Below, piece after piece: positions 23,093-36,495 of a stretch of DNA of 64,000 bases. Numbering within the stretch: position 1 is the first letter of the stretch; every line of letters starts with the position of its first letter. The notes under the pieces are model-generated. The model saw only the letters and a list, made by a program, of their open reading frames with translations. It had not been told where the DNA came from and did not search any database. This stretch comes from Mobula hypostoma. Its lineage: Eukaryota. Both the position numbers and the translations under genes were made by a program. Location of the stretch: the NCBI RefSeq assembly GCF_963921235.1, contig NC_086097.1:224318001-224382000 (forward strand), read 5' to 3'.

Positions 23093-24496
23093 GGCATGCC
23101 CTGGGTGCTGGAGGTCCTTAATAATGGACGCTGCCTTTCTGAGACACAACTCCCTGAAGATGTCCTGGGTCCTTTGTAAGCTAGTACCCAAGCTGGAGCT
23201 GACTAGATTTACAACCTTCTTCAGCTTCTTCCGGTCCTGAGCAGTAGCCCCTCCATACCAGACAGTGATGCAGCCTGTCAGAATGCTCTCCATGGTACAA
23301 CTATAAAAGTTTTTGAGTGTATAATGCCAAATTTCTTCAAACTCCTAATAAAGTATAGCCACTGTCTTGCCTTCTTTATAACTGCATCGATATGTTGGGA
23401 ACAGGTTAGATCCTCAGAGATCTTGACACCCAGGAACTTGAAGCTGCTCACTCTCTCCACTTCTGATCCCTCTATGAGGATTGGTATATGTTCCTTTGTC
23501 TTACCCTTCCTGAAGTCCACAATCAGCTCTTTCGTCTTACTGACATTGAGTGCCAGGTTGTTGCTGCGGCACCATTCCACCATTTGGCATATCTCACTCC
23601 CGTACACCCCTCTTGTCACCACCTGAGATTCTACCAACAATGGTTGTATCGTCAGCAAATTTATATATGGTATTTGAGCTATGCCTAGCTACACAGTCAT
23701 GTGTATATACAGAATAGAGCAGTGGGCTAAACACACCCCTGAGGTGCGCCAGTGTTGATCGTCAGCAAGAAGGATATGTTATCACCAATCTGCACAGATT
23801 GTGGTCTTCTGGTTAGGAAGTCCGGGATCCAATTGCAGAGGGAGGTACAGAGGCCTAGGTTCTGCATCTTCTCAATCAGAATTGTGGGAATGATGGTATT
23901 AAATGCTGAGCTGTGGTCGATGAACAGCATCTTGAGATAGGTGTTTGTGTTGTCCAGCTGATCTAAATCTGTGTGGAGAGCCATTGAGATTGCGTCTGCC
24001 GTTGACCTATTGTGATGATAGGCAAATTGCAATGGGTCCAGGTCCTTGCAGCGGCAGGAGTTCAGTCTAGTCTTGACCAACCTCTCACAGCATTTCATCA
24101 CTGTCGATGTGAGTGTTACTGGGTGATAGTCATTAATGTAGCCCACATTATTCTTCGTAGGCACTGGTATAATTGTTGCCTTTTTGAAGCAAGTGAGAAT
24201 TTCCACCCGTAGCCGTGAGAGGTTGAAAATGTCCGTGAATACTCCTGCTAGTTGGTTGGCATGGGTTTTCAGAGCCTTACCAGGTACTCCATTGAGACCT
24301 TCCACCTTGCGAGGGTTCACTCTTTTTAAGACAGTCTATCATCGGCCTCTGAGACGGAGATCACAGGGTCATCAGGTGCAGCAGGGATCTTCACAGCTGT
24401 AGTTGTGTTCTCCCTTTCAAAGCGTGCGTAGAAGGTGTTAAGTTCATCTGGTAGTGAAGCATCACTGTTATTCATACTACTGGGTTTCGTTTCCCG

Positions 24497-24812
24497 ATGT
24501 TGGGGAAGTCCAGAACGAGGGGTCACAGTTTGAGGATAAAGGGGAAGCCTTTTAGGACTGAGATGAGGAAAAACTTCTTCACACAGAGAGTGGTGAATCT
24601 GTGGAATTCTCTGCCACAGGAAGCAGTTGAGGCCAGTTCATTGGCTATATTTAAGAGGGAGTTAGATATGGCCCTTGTGGCTAAAGGGATCAGTGGGTAT
24701 GGAGGGAAGGCTGGTACAGGGTTCTGAGTTGGATGATCAGCCATGATCATACTGAATGGCGGTGCAGGCTCGAAGGGCTGAATGGCCTACTCCTGTACCT
24801 ATTTTCTATGTT
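24497..24812 (+). mobile_element. Young 5'-truncated CR1
   Basis: LGKSRTRGHSLRIKGKPFRTEMRKNFFTQRVVNLWNSLP; TTTTCTATG tail. Confidence 0.85.
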
Positions 24813-26139
24813 TTGTAAGAAGTAATGTCTTGCAGACCCTGCCAGAGTTGCTGTGCATCCGATGTCACCTCCAACCTCATTCGAAATTGTTTCTTCGCCC
24901 TTGAAATAGCCCTCCACAAATCATACTTGGTTTTCTGTACAGGCCTGACTTGAATGCCACAGATCTAGCCTTCAGCAGATGACGTACATCCATGGTTTTT
25001 GGTTTGGGAATGTACAGTAAGTCTTTGTGGGCACACACTCATCCACACAGGTTTTATTGAAGTCAGTAAAAACTGCAGTATTCTCATCCAGGTTCAAAGA
25101 TGAATCCCTGAATACAGTCCAGTCCACCGATTCAAAGCAGTCCTGTAGGCGCTCCTGTGCTTCCCTTGTTCATACCTTCTTGGTCCTCACTACTGGTGCT
25201 GCAGTCTTCAGTCTCTGCCTATACTCAGGGAGTAGAAGTACAGCCAGGTGATCAGACTTCCTGAAGTGAGGGCGTGGAATAGCACGGTAGGCATTCTTGA
25301 TGGTGGTGTAGCAATGGTCCAGTGTGTTGTTTCCTCTGGTATTGTAAGTGATCTGTTGATGGTAATTGCTTAGTGATTTTTTTTTCAGGCTGGCCTTGTT
25401 AAAATCTCTCAAAATGATGGTGAAGGCGTTAGGGTGCGCTGTTTCGTGCATGTTGATCCCATTGCTCAGATCATCTAAAACCTGCTTGACATTGGCCTGA
25501 GGTGGAATATAAACTGCTACCAGAATGACCCCAGAGAGCTCCTGTGGTAGGTAAAAAGGACACTTTACTGTTATATATTCCAGGCCTGGTGAGCAGAATT
25601 GGGACAGCACTGATATATTTGTGCACCAAGAAGAGTTGATTATGAGGCATACTCCTTCACCTCTGCTTTTGAGAGACTCTATAGATCTATCCTGGCGGTG
25701 TATAGTAAACCCGTCGATCTGGATTGCTGCATCCGGTACGGAAGGCGTTAACCAGGATTCTGTGAAACAAAGGACGCACGCAGTCCTAATGTCCCTCTGA
25801 ATCAGCATCCTGGCTCTGAAATCACCAATTTTGTTCACTAGAGACTGCACGTTTGCCAGGAAGATAGTAAGTATTGGGAGTTTAAAACTCCATTGACGTA
25901 GAAAAGCAGTCAGCACCATCAGAGATCCCACCCACCCACCATGGATATTCTGTTTTCTCCCTTTTCCCTCAGGCAGACAATACAACTGCCTGAAAGGACA
26001 GCTTCTACCTCACTCTTATAAACCACTGAATGGTTCCCCACTATGACAAGATGGACCTTTGACTTCACACTCTGCCTCTGTGTGACCTTGAACCTTACTG
26101 TCTGCCTGCACTGCACTTCCTTTGCACTGTTAATTAATT

Positions 26140-26425
26140 AAATTTATTTAGCAATACAGCACAGCGTAGGCCCTTGGGGCCTTTCCAGCCACTCCGCCCC
26201 AGCAACCCCAGAAGCCCGATTAACCCTAACTTAACCATGGGAAAATTTTCAATGGCCTGTTAGCCTACTCGGTAGGGCTTTGGACTTGTGCGAGGGAACT
26301 CGAGCATCGGGGGAAACCCACGCATTCCACACAGAGGATGTATGGAGACTCCTTACAGATTGGCACTGGAATTGAACTCTGAACTCCGGAACATCCCAAG
26401 CTAACTATTACGTTACCGTGGCGCC
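26140..26425 (-). mobile_element. V-SINE (HE1-like)
   Basis: Minus head GGCGCCACGGTAAC..GTTCAATTCC; CCCCGATGCTCGAGTTCCCT core. Confidence 0.6.
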
Positions 26426-26980
26426 CAATACCTGTTATTGTTTTACCTGTACTATCTCAAAGCCTATTGTCATGAATTGACATGTATGGACAGTATGCAA
26501 GACAAGTATTTTGCGAAGAAAAAGAAGAAGAAGAAGAAGCTCATTTAGCCTCACACAAAACCAAAATATTGTGGATGGCAAAAATCCAAACTAACAGCAG
26601 AAGGTACTCAAAAAAAGATTCAGTAGATCAGGCAGCATCTGAGGAGAGCAAAGCAGATAAAAATCCTGATAGGGGAAAGTGGCCACTGTCAATGGACATG
26701 GAGGCAGAGGCAGCAGAGTTTTGCCAGATTTGCAATTCATTCAGGTGGAATATAGGGTGATGAAGCTGAATCCTATGCTGAGGTTTGACAATTGAGGGTC
26801 AGAGAGGGAAAAAGTGGAATAGCCACAGAAAACATGCCAGTGGATTCAGAGGTATAATGGTATTTTACAGATTGTTTAAGACATCTGAAAGTAAGGAGAA
26901 AAATCTAAAGATCCAGTGCAGATTGTATAAAGCGGAAGGAGAAATAGTACACATTCTGAGAAATAGAGTGGGCTTCATAC

Positions 26981-27113
26981 CTAGATTTTACTGCCTGATA
27001 TAAAAGTGTTCCTGAATGGTTCTAAAGCACTGGTATAGAATGCAGGATTTCCAACTATGGAATGATGGTACTTCTCTCGGCCCCTCATGGTATATGAGAG
27101 TCTTGCTGCTCTT
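26981..27113 (-). CDS. Candidate exon (133 bp), product unknown
   Basis: Acceptor TTTTTTACCAG, donor GTATGA; phase-compatible with 27961-28063, but the frame ends in TAG at the donor. Confidence 0.2.
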
Positions 27114-27314
27114 CTGGTAAAAAATATCATATCAGTCTTTGAAACACAATGATTTACAGTATGCAACAATGATCACAGTCTGATCGTACCACAATGCAAA
27201 CCAGAGGCAGTACAAACAGAATTATTGAGTTAAAATAATTTTCTAATATTTCTGCTTGTGGTGGACTTTGTTATTGACTCCTCTTGAACATATAAGCCAC
27301 TGTCTAGGTGACAA

Positions 27315-27670
27315 AAGACCATAAGTCCATAAAACATAGGAGCTGAATTAGGCCACAATTCTGTTCTGTTATTCAAACATGGCTGATTCGTTAACCTTCT
27401 CAAACCCATTTTCCTGCATTCTCCCTGTAACCTTTGAAACCGTTACTAATCAAGAACTTATCAACTTCCATTTTAAATATACCCATTGAATGGGCCTCCA
27501 CAGCTATCTGTGGTGATGAATTCCATAGATCAATCATCCTCTGGCTAAAGAAATTCCTCCTTATCTCCGTTCTGAGGCTGTTCCCTCTGGTTCCAGACCC
27601 TCCCATTATAGGAAACATCCTCTCCATGTCCACCCTACCTAGGCTTTTCAATATTCGATGGGTTTCATCA
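27315..27670 (-). mobile_element. CR1 3' end
   Basis: RVDMERMFP..TRGNSL..RRNFFSQRM. Confidence 0.75.
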
Positions 27671-27960
27671 GGTGCTTTAGAATAGATTCTTCTTCTTTAG
27701 CAATTCTTGGCAATCAAGGATGATGTATTTTTGCTCCAGTTCTGTGGACTCTGAGAATGCATAATCCATACCTTTCAAACACCATTGTAAAGCGTGTCTT
27801 TTCTAGATAGTTAAGAAGCATTTAATTGTAGCAGGATGCATACATTTAAACACTCCAGAAAGTAACCATGATTCAGTACAACACTTCTCTAGTAATTGGA
27901 TATTAATGGTGTGATTATGCTTTCTCTTAAGAGACCTGGCCTGAATGTAATTTATCTCAC

Positions 27961-28063
27961 CTTGGAATTGCTATTAATCTCAACAAAATTACATAAGTCC
28001 GTCCAGCTGCTATTGGATCATTGGATGGAACAGATGTATGATAAAATAGGACATCTGTTACAT
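27961..28063 (-). CDS. Candidate internal exon (103 bp; VTDVLFYHTSVPSNDPIAAGRTYVILLRLIAIPR)
   Basis: Acceptor TTCCTTTGTTATAG, consensus donor AAG|GTGAG, exactly one open frame, no recognisable repeat. Confidence 0.3.
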
Positions 28064-29754
28064 CTATAACAAAGGAATACATTTCATATTGGCTTATCCT
28101 CGTGTTATCTTCTATTGGTGTCTGGTATTTTAATGTGTTGGTTATTTTCAGTTCCAAAGAGCTGTGTTCCCTTCAAAAGTTCATGCTGTCACTGACTGGA
28201 TTCCTAATGAGGTTTGTCCTCAAATATGTATTTCTCCTCATTGAGACTCAAGCTTTATTTTGCTTATTTTTTTATTTAGATTTACAACACAACAACTTCT
28301 GGCAAGTCTTTTGCGCTTAGATTTCTTTGGAAGGTTGTCACATTTAGTGTCTTTGCTATTCTCAGCTACTCTTCTGTGTTGGTCTTTCTATTTACCTCTG
28401 ACATGGCCAGCAAAAATAGCCTGATTTCACTGCTGGAAGTTTCCTACTTGGCAGCTTGCACTGGCTGTCCTCTGCTTTGTTATTGCTCAAATTCTGCCAA
28501 CTGCTTCAACTGCTGTATGGGATTCATCAACTTAAATAGTCAACACGGATCAATCTCACATCTCAAAATTAAAGATGGGCCTGAATTAATTTCTCTAGTG
28601 TCCTTTTCTTCTTCCCTCACTTGTCTCATCTAAATTGGCCAGGGCATTCTGCCTCTCCACTGGTTTTAGATAGGAAAGTCTTTTTCCAACTCCCGGCTGT
28701 TGTCAACTCTGCTGTAATTAAGCGATTCTCTCCATTGAATTCTTCTGCCAAACCCAGATAAAAGTTGATGGGTAATGTCAAAAGGGCATCCATCTATAAA
28801 ATCTTTCACCACATCACCAACAAATTGTAATATCAGACTGACACTGCAATATTAATGAGGACCTTGCTTCCAATTGTGTCTACGATGTAATTGGGGGTGT
28901 TGGAACCCAACGGTTTCAGACTGTCACCATTTTAGTTGCCAACCCCATTCCTATCTGAAGGGAGGAAGTTAAAAACAGGTCAGCATTACTGTTCAGTTTT
29001 TTAATATGAAGCTTTTGAGGATTTTGATTTGTAGCTTGGGAGAAATTTCTTCCAGAGGCTGAGAGTCAGTGGTAAGCAAATACAATTTTAAGGCCATTGG
29101 AAAAGAGCTAGAGGAGAGTGAGATGCTGCGATCTGGAATGTTCTCCCTGGAGGAGTGACAGAGACAGGTCCGATTGTAACTCTCAGACCAAGAGGGGAGG
29201 GTCTGATGTGTGGTGGGGTAGAGCAGGGGAGCAGCAGATACCAGTACAATGAGCCAAGTGACCTCTGGTGCCTCATGGTTCAATGATATGGCCCCAGAAG
29301 AATGCCTACCAGTTGTGAATTGTATGTGTGCAGAGGACTGATGAGTTTTATTCTGAATGATGTTCTGCACAGTGAATTGAGCTGTTGATTGTCAATTATT
29401 CTGCCATAGACTGATAGTGGAGAGGCTGACTGTTTGGGCGGGAGATGGAAGGGGCAGGCTGAGGTCAGCTGGCTACGAGGATATACCAGATGAACATGGG
29501 GCTTGCAAGTTTCACTTTCTCAGCCTACTGCCTTCAACTGCAGCGAGTGTGACAAAGATGGCCAAATGCTAGTGGTTTCTGGGCTAAACCAGAAGTGTTC
29601 AACACAGCATTGACCAGCTTGGTTCAAGCCATTGGTCTGTGGGATGGAAAGCTTTCTTCACAAGCCTGGTGCTACATCTTGAGGGTATCTCACTCATGAC
29701 TGCAGAGAACGTCCTTCACATATGCTATAGTGTATGTCCTTCCAGCCTTTCAAT

Positions 29755-30035
29755 TATAGAACATAGAACATAGAAGAGTACACCACAGGAACAGGCTATT
29801 CGGCCCACAAGTTCTGCCAAACCAGTTAAGAAGCAAATCAAAAACACCCAGACACCAATCCCTGCTACCTACTCCATGTCCATATCCTTCCATCTTCCTT
29901 ACATCCATGTGCCTATCCAAATGACTCTTAAAAGCCTCTAATGTATTTGCCTCTACCACCATACCAGACAGCGCATTCCAGACATCTACGACTAACCCGT
30001 CACGTCCCCCTTGAACCTACCCTCTCTCACCTTCA
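29755..30035 (-). mobile_element. CR1 3' end
   Basis: MVVEANTLEAFKSHLDRHM; (TTCTATG)n tail. Confidence 0.75.
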
Positions 30036-30880
30036 ATCAGTTGACGTGCTGATAGCAATTTTTCTCTCAGCAGCATCTGGAAGGAGAGCTTCCAACTGCA
30101 CTAGGCCACTTTGGTTGAAACAGAGCTTCAATCAAATTTATTTCCAATTCCTTTCTGGAAAGTCTAGTTGAAATAAATCCTAAGATGTCACAGGGAGTTT
30201 GTAGAAAAGAAGCTAAAACGTTGGGAAGGCAGCAAGATCAAATTAAAAGGTGATAAAAATAAATGAACAGTACTAACTGCAGTGAGACGGTAGGCTGAGG
30301 CTACACTAAATCTATTGATCTGGATCTAGCAGCCCCTTATACAATACAGTCTGCTTGGCTTTAGATCTAGGTCTTTAGGCCAGGTGACGCCGCAGCCTGC
30401 CCATGGTTTACATGAACGACAGGGCTCCATTAGCAATCTGAGAAATCTTGAATATGTTGAAAACATTTAGTTTCAAAACATAAATGAATCTTTGCCAAAT
30501 TTTATTGCATTTGATGCAAATAGACCTGACACTGATCAGGAGCTATAGTCTGTTCATTTGTGATGGTCTTTTCCATTGGATCCCACAATGGTCCCCAACA
30601 TGGTCAGATCACAATGCAATTTTGCAATGATCTTTATATATTGATGTCTGCAAAATATGAAACAGATTTGTAGTAACCAACTATATCTGTGATTTAGATT
30701 GATTGAACTCCAGATTTACGCAATTTACATTATAAAATAAACATTTACAAAGTAATCTAAATGTGTGGTCAGATGAAAATTGCTGTGGGACATATGAGGT
30801 TGTGGATAGGATGGCCATTGAAAGCTAGGTTAGAACTGGGTTTTAAGGGGAATCAAAGGTGCAGAGGTGTTGGAAAGCAA

Positions 30881-32785
30881 TAGTCATAGTCATACTTTAT
30901 TGATCCCGGAGGAAATTGGTTTTCGTTACAGTTGCACCATAAATAATAAATAGTAATAGAACCATAATAGTTAAATAGTAATATGTAAATTATGCCAGTA
31001 AATTATGAAATAAGTCCAGGACCAGCCTATTGGCTCAGGGTGTCTGACCCTCCAAGGGAGGAGTTGTAAAGTTTGATGGCCACAGGCAGGAATGACTTCC
31101 TATGATGCTCTGTGCTGCATCTTGGTGGAATGAGTCTCTGGCTGAATGTACTCCTGTGCCCACCCAGTACATTATGTAGTGGATGGGAGACATTGACCAA
31201 GATGGCATGCAACTTAGACAGCATCCTCTTTTCAGACACCACCGTGAGAGAGTCCAGTTCCATCCCCACAACATCACTGGCCTTACGGATGAGTTTGTTG
31301 ATTCTGTTGGTGCCTGTTACCCTCAGCCTGCTGCCCCAGCACACAACAGCAAACATGATAGCACTGGCCACCACAGACTCGTAGAACATCCTCAGCATCG
31401 TCTGGCAGATGTTAAAGGACCTCAGTCTCCTCAGGAAATAGAGACGGCTCTGACCCTTCTTGTAGACAGCCTCGGTGTTCTTTGACCAGTCCAGTTTATT
31501 GTCAATTCGTATCCCCAGGTATTTGTAATCCTCCACCATGTCCACCCTGACCCCCTGGATGGAAACAGGGGTCACTGGTTCCTTACCTCTCCTCAGGTCT
31601 ACAACCAGCTTCTTAGTCTCTTTCACATTAAGCTGCAGATAATTCTGCTCACACCATGTGACAAAGTTTCCTACCGTAGCTCTGTACTCAGCCTCATCTC
31701 CCTTGCTGATGCATCCACCTGTGCCAGAGTCATCAGAAAACTTCTGAAGATGACAAGACTCTGTGCAGTAGTTGAAGTCCGAGGTGTAAATGGTGAAGAG
31801 AAAGGGAGACAAGACAGTCCCCTGTGGAGCCCCAGTGCTACTGATCACTCTGTCGGACATATAGTGTTGCAAGCACACGTACTGTGGTCTGCCAGTCAGG
31901 TAGTCAAGAATCCATGATACCAGGGCTCAGCTTCTCTCCCAGCAGAGCAGGGCGGATGGTGTTGAACGCACTGGAGAAGTCAAAAGACATGACCCTCACA
32001 GTGCTCGCTGGCTTGTCCAGGTGGGCGTAGACATGGTTCAGCAGGTAGACGATGGCATCCTCAACTCCTAGTCGGGGCTGATAGGCGAACTGGAGGGGAT
32101 CTAAGTGTGGCCTGACCATAGGCCGGAGCAGCTCCAGAACATGTCTCTCCAGGGTCTCCATGATGTGGGAGGTCAATGCCACCGGTCTGTAGTCATTGAG
32201 GCCGCTGGGGCGCGGCATCTTCGGCACAGGCACGAGGCAGAATGTCTTCCACAGTACAGGAACACTCCGGAGCCTCAGGCTCAGGATGAATACATGGCAA
32301 AGTTCTCCACATAGCTGAGGGGCACAGGCTTTGAGCACCCTGGTAATGACACCATCCGGTCCTGCAGCCTTGCTTGGGTTGAGACGTTTCAGCTGTCTTC
32401 TCACCTGTTCAGCTGTGAAGCCCACCATGGTGGTTTCGTGTGGGGAAGGGGTATAGTTATGAGAGCAGGGTGGGGGACTGTGAGGAGGGGTAGGAGGGGA
32501 GAGTGGAATATGTGTTGCTTGGGGGCCGACAACAGATGGCTCATGTGGGGGATGGACAGGGGCCACAATGTCAAATCTGTTACGTTCATTGGCCCTGTCA
32601 ACACTGGCTTCAGCTCCTCTGTTGCAAGTTTGCCGGAACCCAGTGATGGTCCTCATCCCCCTCCAGACCTCTCTCATGTTGTTCTGCTGGAGTTTCCACT
32701 CAAGCTTCCTCCTGTACCTGTCTTTAACCTCCCTGATCCTGGCTTTCAGGTCCCTCTGTATTGCCCTCAGCTGCTCCCTACCAAG
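30881..32785 (-). mobile_element. Rex/Babar LINE, 5'-truncated, relatively young
   Basis: ORFs 31904-32845 and 31027-31878 (DPLQFAYQP, FDFSSAFNTI, GAPQGTVLSP, KFSDDS); (GACTAT)n tail. Confidence 0.9.
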
Positions 32786-33276
32786 CACAGTAGGTAGAGA
32801 TTTGAGAACACAAGAAAACAGGAGCAGAAGTAGGTCATCGGGCAACTCAAGTCTGCCCCATCATTCAATACGATCCACTCCAGACCTCAACTCTAATGTG
32901 CCAGTTCCACATGGCCCCCTTTCCAAAAATCATCCACTTCCTCATCACCTACCTCCAGTAATCTGGCCTTCATAACCCTCTGGGGAAGAAAATTCCAGAA
33001 ATTCATTACCTTCTGCAAGAAGAATCTTCCACACAACTCATTTCTAAAGGCCACCTTCAGGAACTCAGTCTTAACTCTCTGAAAGGTTCAAACCCCTAAA
33101 AAGAAGCAAATTACATGGCCTGAATTAGATAATTACACTTATTAAAATCATCTATTCACTGTTTTGCTCTTTCAAATAAGTGATAGTATTAAAAAGTCCA
33201 AAGTAACCCACAGGCAGAATGTGTCACCTTACAAAGGTCATGAACAGAGACTACGGGTTGCTTGTAATGCTGGGAT

Positions 33277-33672
33277 TAGAGTCACAGAACACAGAAACAG
33301 GCCCTTTGGCCCATCTAGTCTGTGCCAAACTATAATTCTGCTTAGATCCCATCAAACTGCACCTGCACCATAGCCCTCCATTCCCCTCCATACCCCTCCC
33401 ATCCATGTACTTATCCAAACTTCTCTTGTGTTGAAATTGAACCTGTATCCATCCCACACTCTCACTGCCCTCTGCGAAGAAGCTCTCCCCATGTTCCTCT
33501 TAAATATTTCACCTTTCACTCTTAACCCATGACCTCTAGTTCTAAACTCACCCAACCTCAGTGGAAAAAGCCTGCTTGCATTTATCCTATCTATCCCCTC
33601 ATAATTTTGTATGCCTTTATCAAATCTCCCCTCATTCTTCTACATTCCTGGGAATAACATTTTAACCTATTG
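33277..33672 (-). mobile_element. CR1 3' end
   Basis: RTRGHGLRVKGEIFKRNMG. Confidence 0.7.
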
Positions 33673-33902
33673 AAGCCGTGGGTAGGAACTACTAAAACTG
33701 AAATAACTCTGCAAAGGCAGGACAACTGAGCTCAGGGTTTGGAAAAGGAGTAGTTAGAATTTGACAGCGGTGAAATTATGAAGTATATAGCCATAGAAGT
33801 TAGAGGAGAAATGTAAGGAAAACATCAGCTCCATTCCAGGTCCCTCCAGGGCTATGACAAAGGATTAAACAGTAAAATACACATGAAGCACATGTCATGA
33901 GG

Positions 33903-34580
33903 GAAGAGAAGATGGTGGCACGATGCAGCTCGCAGCGGCCACTCAGGTGGTGATTTCTGTTATTTGTTAGGTAGGGTGCCGAGCACAATCCTGATTTGAT
34001 GGAGATGGACGTGAGAGCACGGAGGAACATCTAGTGAAACTTCTGAAATGCCTGCTTCGCTGCTGCTGCTACTGTGTGGTCCAGAATCTCTGGAGGGGAA
34101 GGTCCCGAGTCCTTGGCTTTGCTTGTTGCTCGGCAGCCGGGGCGGGGTTGAAGCGCTCGGCAGAGGATGGTGCTCGGAGGCTGTGTCGGAGGGGCTGGTC
34201 AGAGGCTCAAAGTTTTCGGACGGACTCAGAGTCTGCTGCGGTCGGGTGCTTCGAATGGTGCTGCATCGGCAAGTTTGAGGTGCTTGGAAGTTCATGGCAG
34301 GGAGAGTTTCTCCCTTCTACCGTTTGCGTGAGGTGATGAGGCTATCGGGACTTGGAGACTTTTTTTTACCGTGCCTATGGTCTGCTCTTTATCAAATTAC
34401 GGTATTGCTTTGCACTGTTGTAACTATATATTATAATTATGTGGTTTTGTTAGTTTTAGTCTTGGTTTGTCCTGTGTTTCTTGTGATATCATTCTGGAGG
34501 AACATTGTATTATTTTTTAATGCATGCATTTCTAAACGACAATAAATGAGGACTAAGTGTCCTCATAATCTAATCTAATC
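33903..34580 (+). mobile_element. Non-autonomous LINE-related retroposon (~680 bp)
   Basis: AAGATGG start; 3' hairpin ATGAGGAC-TAAGT-GTCCTCAT and (TAATC)n tail; homologs at 48046-48522 and 57264-57890. Confidence 0.7.
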
Positions 34581-35114
34581 TGCCAGCCTGGGAGCTTTCA
34601 AACTAAAACCATCCATCCTACAAATTAATCAATACCTCTAGGAATCAAAACATTGAATAGCGATGAAAATCTGTGTTTCCTTTTGCTTTCTTAAGAAAGC
34701 AGACCTAGCTTTCTTCTATTAATTCTTACTCGTATCCCACCCAATGAAATTCGTATCAGATCACCAAGAGATTCAGCTGAGAGGCTGAGAGTTTCCTGTC
34801 AAGGACAACCTAAATCCTTCCACACTGTAACAGTTCACTGGCAATTTAACAGATAATTGGAAATGCTTCCAGTAGTGATTCAATATATACTTAGCGGTGT
34901 CACCTGGTGTGGACATGGCCCCAGTGCGGAATGAGAAACACTGAAGCAGGTCGATAGTTCACAGACTTTAATGTGAACAGGGTTAAAGGGAAAGAAAACA
35001 ATAAATGCTAGGCCAAACAGGGCCATTAACTAAAACTCTCAAATGGAAAATGAAGCCTACACTGCAGCTGCAAAGAACAACTAAGAATTAAACGAATACT
35101 GCTAGTTTTCAGAT

Positions 35115-35820
35115 GTTGTCGTGAAATTTGTTAACTTAGCAGCAGCAGTTCAATACAATAGATAATATCGAAGAAAAAAGAAGTAAAAATGAGTAAATAA
35201 GAAAATCAGTTGCAGTACATATACATTGAATAGATTAAAAATCATGCAGAAACAGAAATATTATTTATTAAAAAAGTGAGGTAGTGTTCATGAGTTCAAT
35301 GTTCATTTATGAATCGGATGGCTGAGGAGAAGCTGTTCCTGAATTGCTGAGTGTGTGCCTTCAGGCTTCTGTACCTCCTACCTGATGGTAACAGTGAGAA
35401 TAGGGCATGCCCTGGGTGCTGGAGGTCCTTAATAATGGACGCTGCCTTTCTGAGACACCGCTCCTTGAAGATGTCCTGGATATCTTGTAGGCTAGTACCC
35501 AAGATGGAGCTGACTAAACTTACATGTACTTATTGACATGCCAAATCTCCTCAAACTCCTAATGAAGTATAGTCACTGTTTTGCCTTCTTTATAGCTGCA
35601 TCTATATGTTGGGATCAGGTTAGGTCCTCAGAGATCTTGACACCCAGGAACTCTCTCCACTTTGATCCCTCTATGAGGATTGGTATGTGTTCCTTTGTCT
35701 TACCCTTTCTGAAGTCCACAATCAGCTCATTTGTCTCACTGACATTGAGTGCCAGGTTGTTACTGCAACACCACTCCACTAGTTAGTATATCTTGCTCCT
35801 GTACACCCTCTCATCTCCAT
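35115..35820 (-). mobile_element. Rex/Babar LINE 3' part
   Basis: Near-identical to 23095-23630; ORF 35296-35502. Confidence 0.8.
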
Positions 35821-36495
35821 CCAAAGACGTCAGCCATTGAAAATATGGCGAGGCTCCAAAACAAGGAAGAGGTGTAGACATTTCTCGGGGATGGTGACTT
35901 ACCAGGATAAAGTCATCCTTCGACTTTCTACTATAACAACACCACTTAGGTCACTGCTTGAGCAGTGAAATGAGTGGATTTGGTCTCATGAGCAAGAAAA
36001 GTGTTTCCGGAGGCTGAAAAGGATCCCATTGAAGGGCCCATGTTGGAGTTTTATGATTTGGAAAGGCATACTATGAACTCGGCTGATGCGTCCCGGTTCA
36101 GCCTTGGAGCAGTACTACTGCAGCAGCAACACATGGCAATCTGTGGCCTATGCATCAAGGGCTTTAACAATGCAATGTGGAAACCAACTATGCACAAATA
36201 AGAAAGAGCTTCTCGCCAGCAAGTATGCATGCAAAAGGTTCCATCATTACATCTATGGACAATCTTTTGAAGTGGAGACAGATCATAACCCACCGGTCTG
36301 AATTACGTCCATACCACTGAGTGACTATCCCATGGGGATATAGCACATGTTGATAAGGCTGCAGGAATATGACATGAAGATCATGTACACACTGGGAAAA
36401 TATATGTTTGCCACTGATACGCTGTCTCGAGCACTCAAGAAAGAAAAGAGTGACCAAGAGATTAATGTTGATATACAGGCCCCTGTTGACAAGAT

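Larger units (their letters stand above)
17307..25905 (-). mobile_element. Near-full-length Rex/Babar LINE fragmented by a Gypsy (17586-21971), a templated insert (21983-23092) and a CR1 (24497-24812)
   Basis: (GATTCT)n tail at 17307; RT ORFs 23278-23658 and 23727-24320; endonuclease ORF 25170-25985 (ANVQSL..CFTESWL..LDHCY..SDH). Confidence 0.8.
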
